A program made the position numbers and the translations under genes. Below the pieces are notes generated by a model. It made no database searches and was not told the DNA's origin. It was given only the letters and a program-made list of their open reading frames with translations. From Promethearchaeota archaeon (GTDB lineage: Archaea; Asgardarchaeota; Lokiarchaeia; Sigyniarchaeales; SOKP01), in the NCBI GenBank assembly GCA_016930515.1, contig JAFGGO010000158.1, forward strand, positions 1 through 64,000: a stretch of DNA of 64,000 bases. Reading direction: 5' to 3'. Shown here one piece after another: positions 63,680-64,000 of this stretch. Within the stretch, counting starts at the first letter, position 1. Each line of letters begins with the position of its first letter.

Positions 63680-64000
63680 ATGGTATCTGCGTTTCAATGG
63701 ATCATGAAAAAAGTCACGAAAGTTTTTTCTCGTACTACAAATTCCCTATTTTATACGCTTTTATATAGGGAAATATTAAAGGAAGTTCAAGAAATAACGA
63801 AAAACGAAGAAGATAGCGTTGTTATTTTCCGGGAATTTGGAAAACGATCTGCTTATGAATCTTGTGAGCGACATTCAAGCATTTTTAAATTCATGCCAGG
63901 AGATCCTAAAAAGGTATTGGATTACTTTTCAATCCTGTGGTCAATCGTATTTGGGATGGAAATTGGCGAATTTTCCTACGAAACCATCCCAAAGAAAGGT
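63680..64000 (+). CDS. Second V4R/Bet3-like protein (5' part, truncated by the window end)
   Basis: GGAGG SD and ATG 63680; open to the end: MVSAFQWIMKK...FREFGKRSAYESC...KVLDYFSILWSIVFGMEIGEF. Confidence 0.6.
   Translation, partial: MVSAFQWIMKKVTKVFSRTTNSLFYTLLYREILKEVQEITKNEEDSVVIFREFGKRSAYESCERHSSIFKFMPGDPKKVLDYFSILWSIVFGMEIGEFSYETIPKKG

Noticed and set aside
1-64000. CRISPR arrays, rRNA, transposases/integrases, prophage genes
   Set aside because: No regularly spaced direct repeats or diagnostic motifs were seen by eye; short or degenerate elements could have been missed

Overview
Low-GC archaeal chromosomal segment, very probably Asgard (Lokiarchaeia-like). The basis is archaeal information genes (MCM, Gins23, Topo VI A/B, ScpA/ScpB, archaeal-type ValRS) occurring with a Rab-like GTPase, longin-like and V4R/Bet3-like proteins, and HEAT-repeat proteins. 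It holds about 41 CDS and one tRNA-Ala(CGC). Metabolic blocks: LysW-type lysX-lysZ-lysK, coaBC, lipS2-lipoate ligase-lipS1-fbiB(cofE+nitroreductase)-cofD, bacterial-type tpiA, hdrC and thioredoxin. Main candidates for undescribed biology: (1) a 7-gene, 12.5 kb envelope operon with a giant transglutaminase-fold, Ig-repeat protein whose catalytic Cys and His both read Tyr, plus three DUF4129-like modules, DUF4350, MoxR, DUF58 and a polytopic membrane protein; (2) a second MoxR-vWA-SWIM triad whose vWA protein begins with an apparent orphan AAA+ lid; (3) apparent ATT start codons in top6B and the DUF58 gene; (4) heavily elaborated chromosome proteins (HeH-ScpA, acidic ScpB, ~1040 aa Top6B with a C-terminal winged helix, and a membrane-anchored HEAT solenoid between gins23 and mcm). 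No CRISPR array, rRNA or intact mobile element was seen. All family assignments come from motif recognition by eye; no database search was run.
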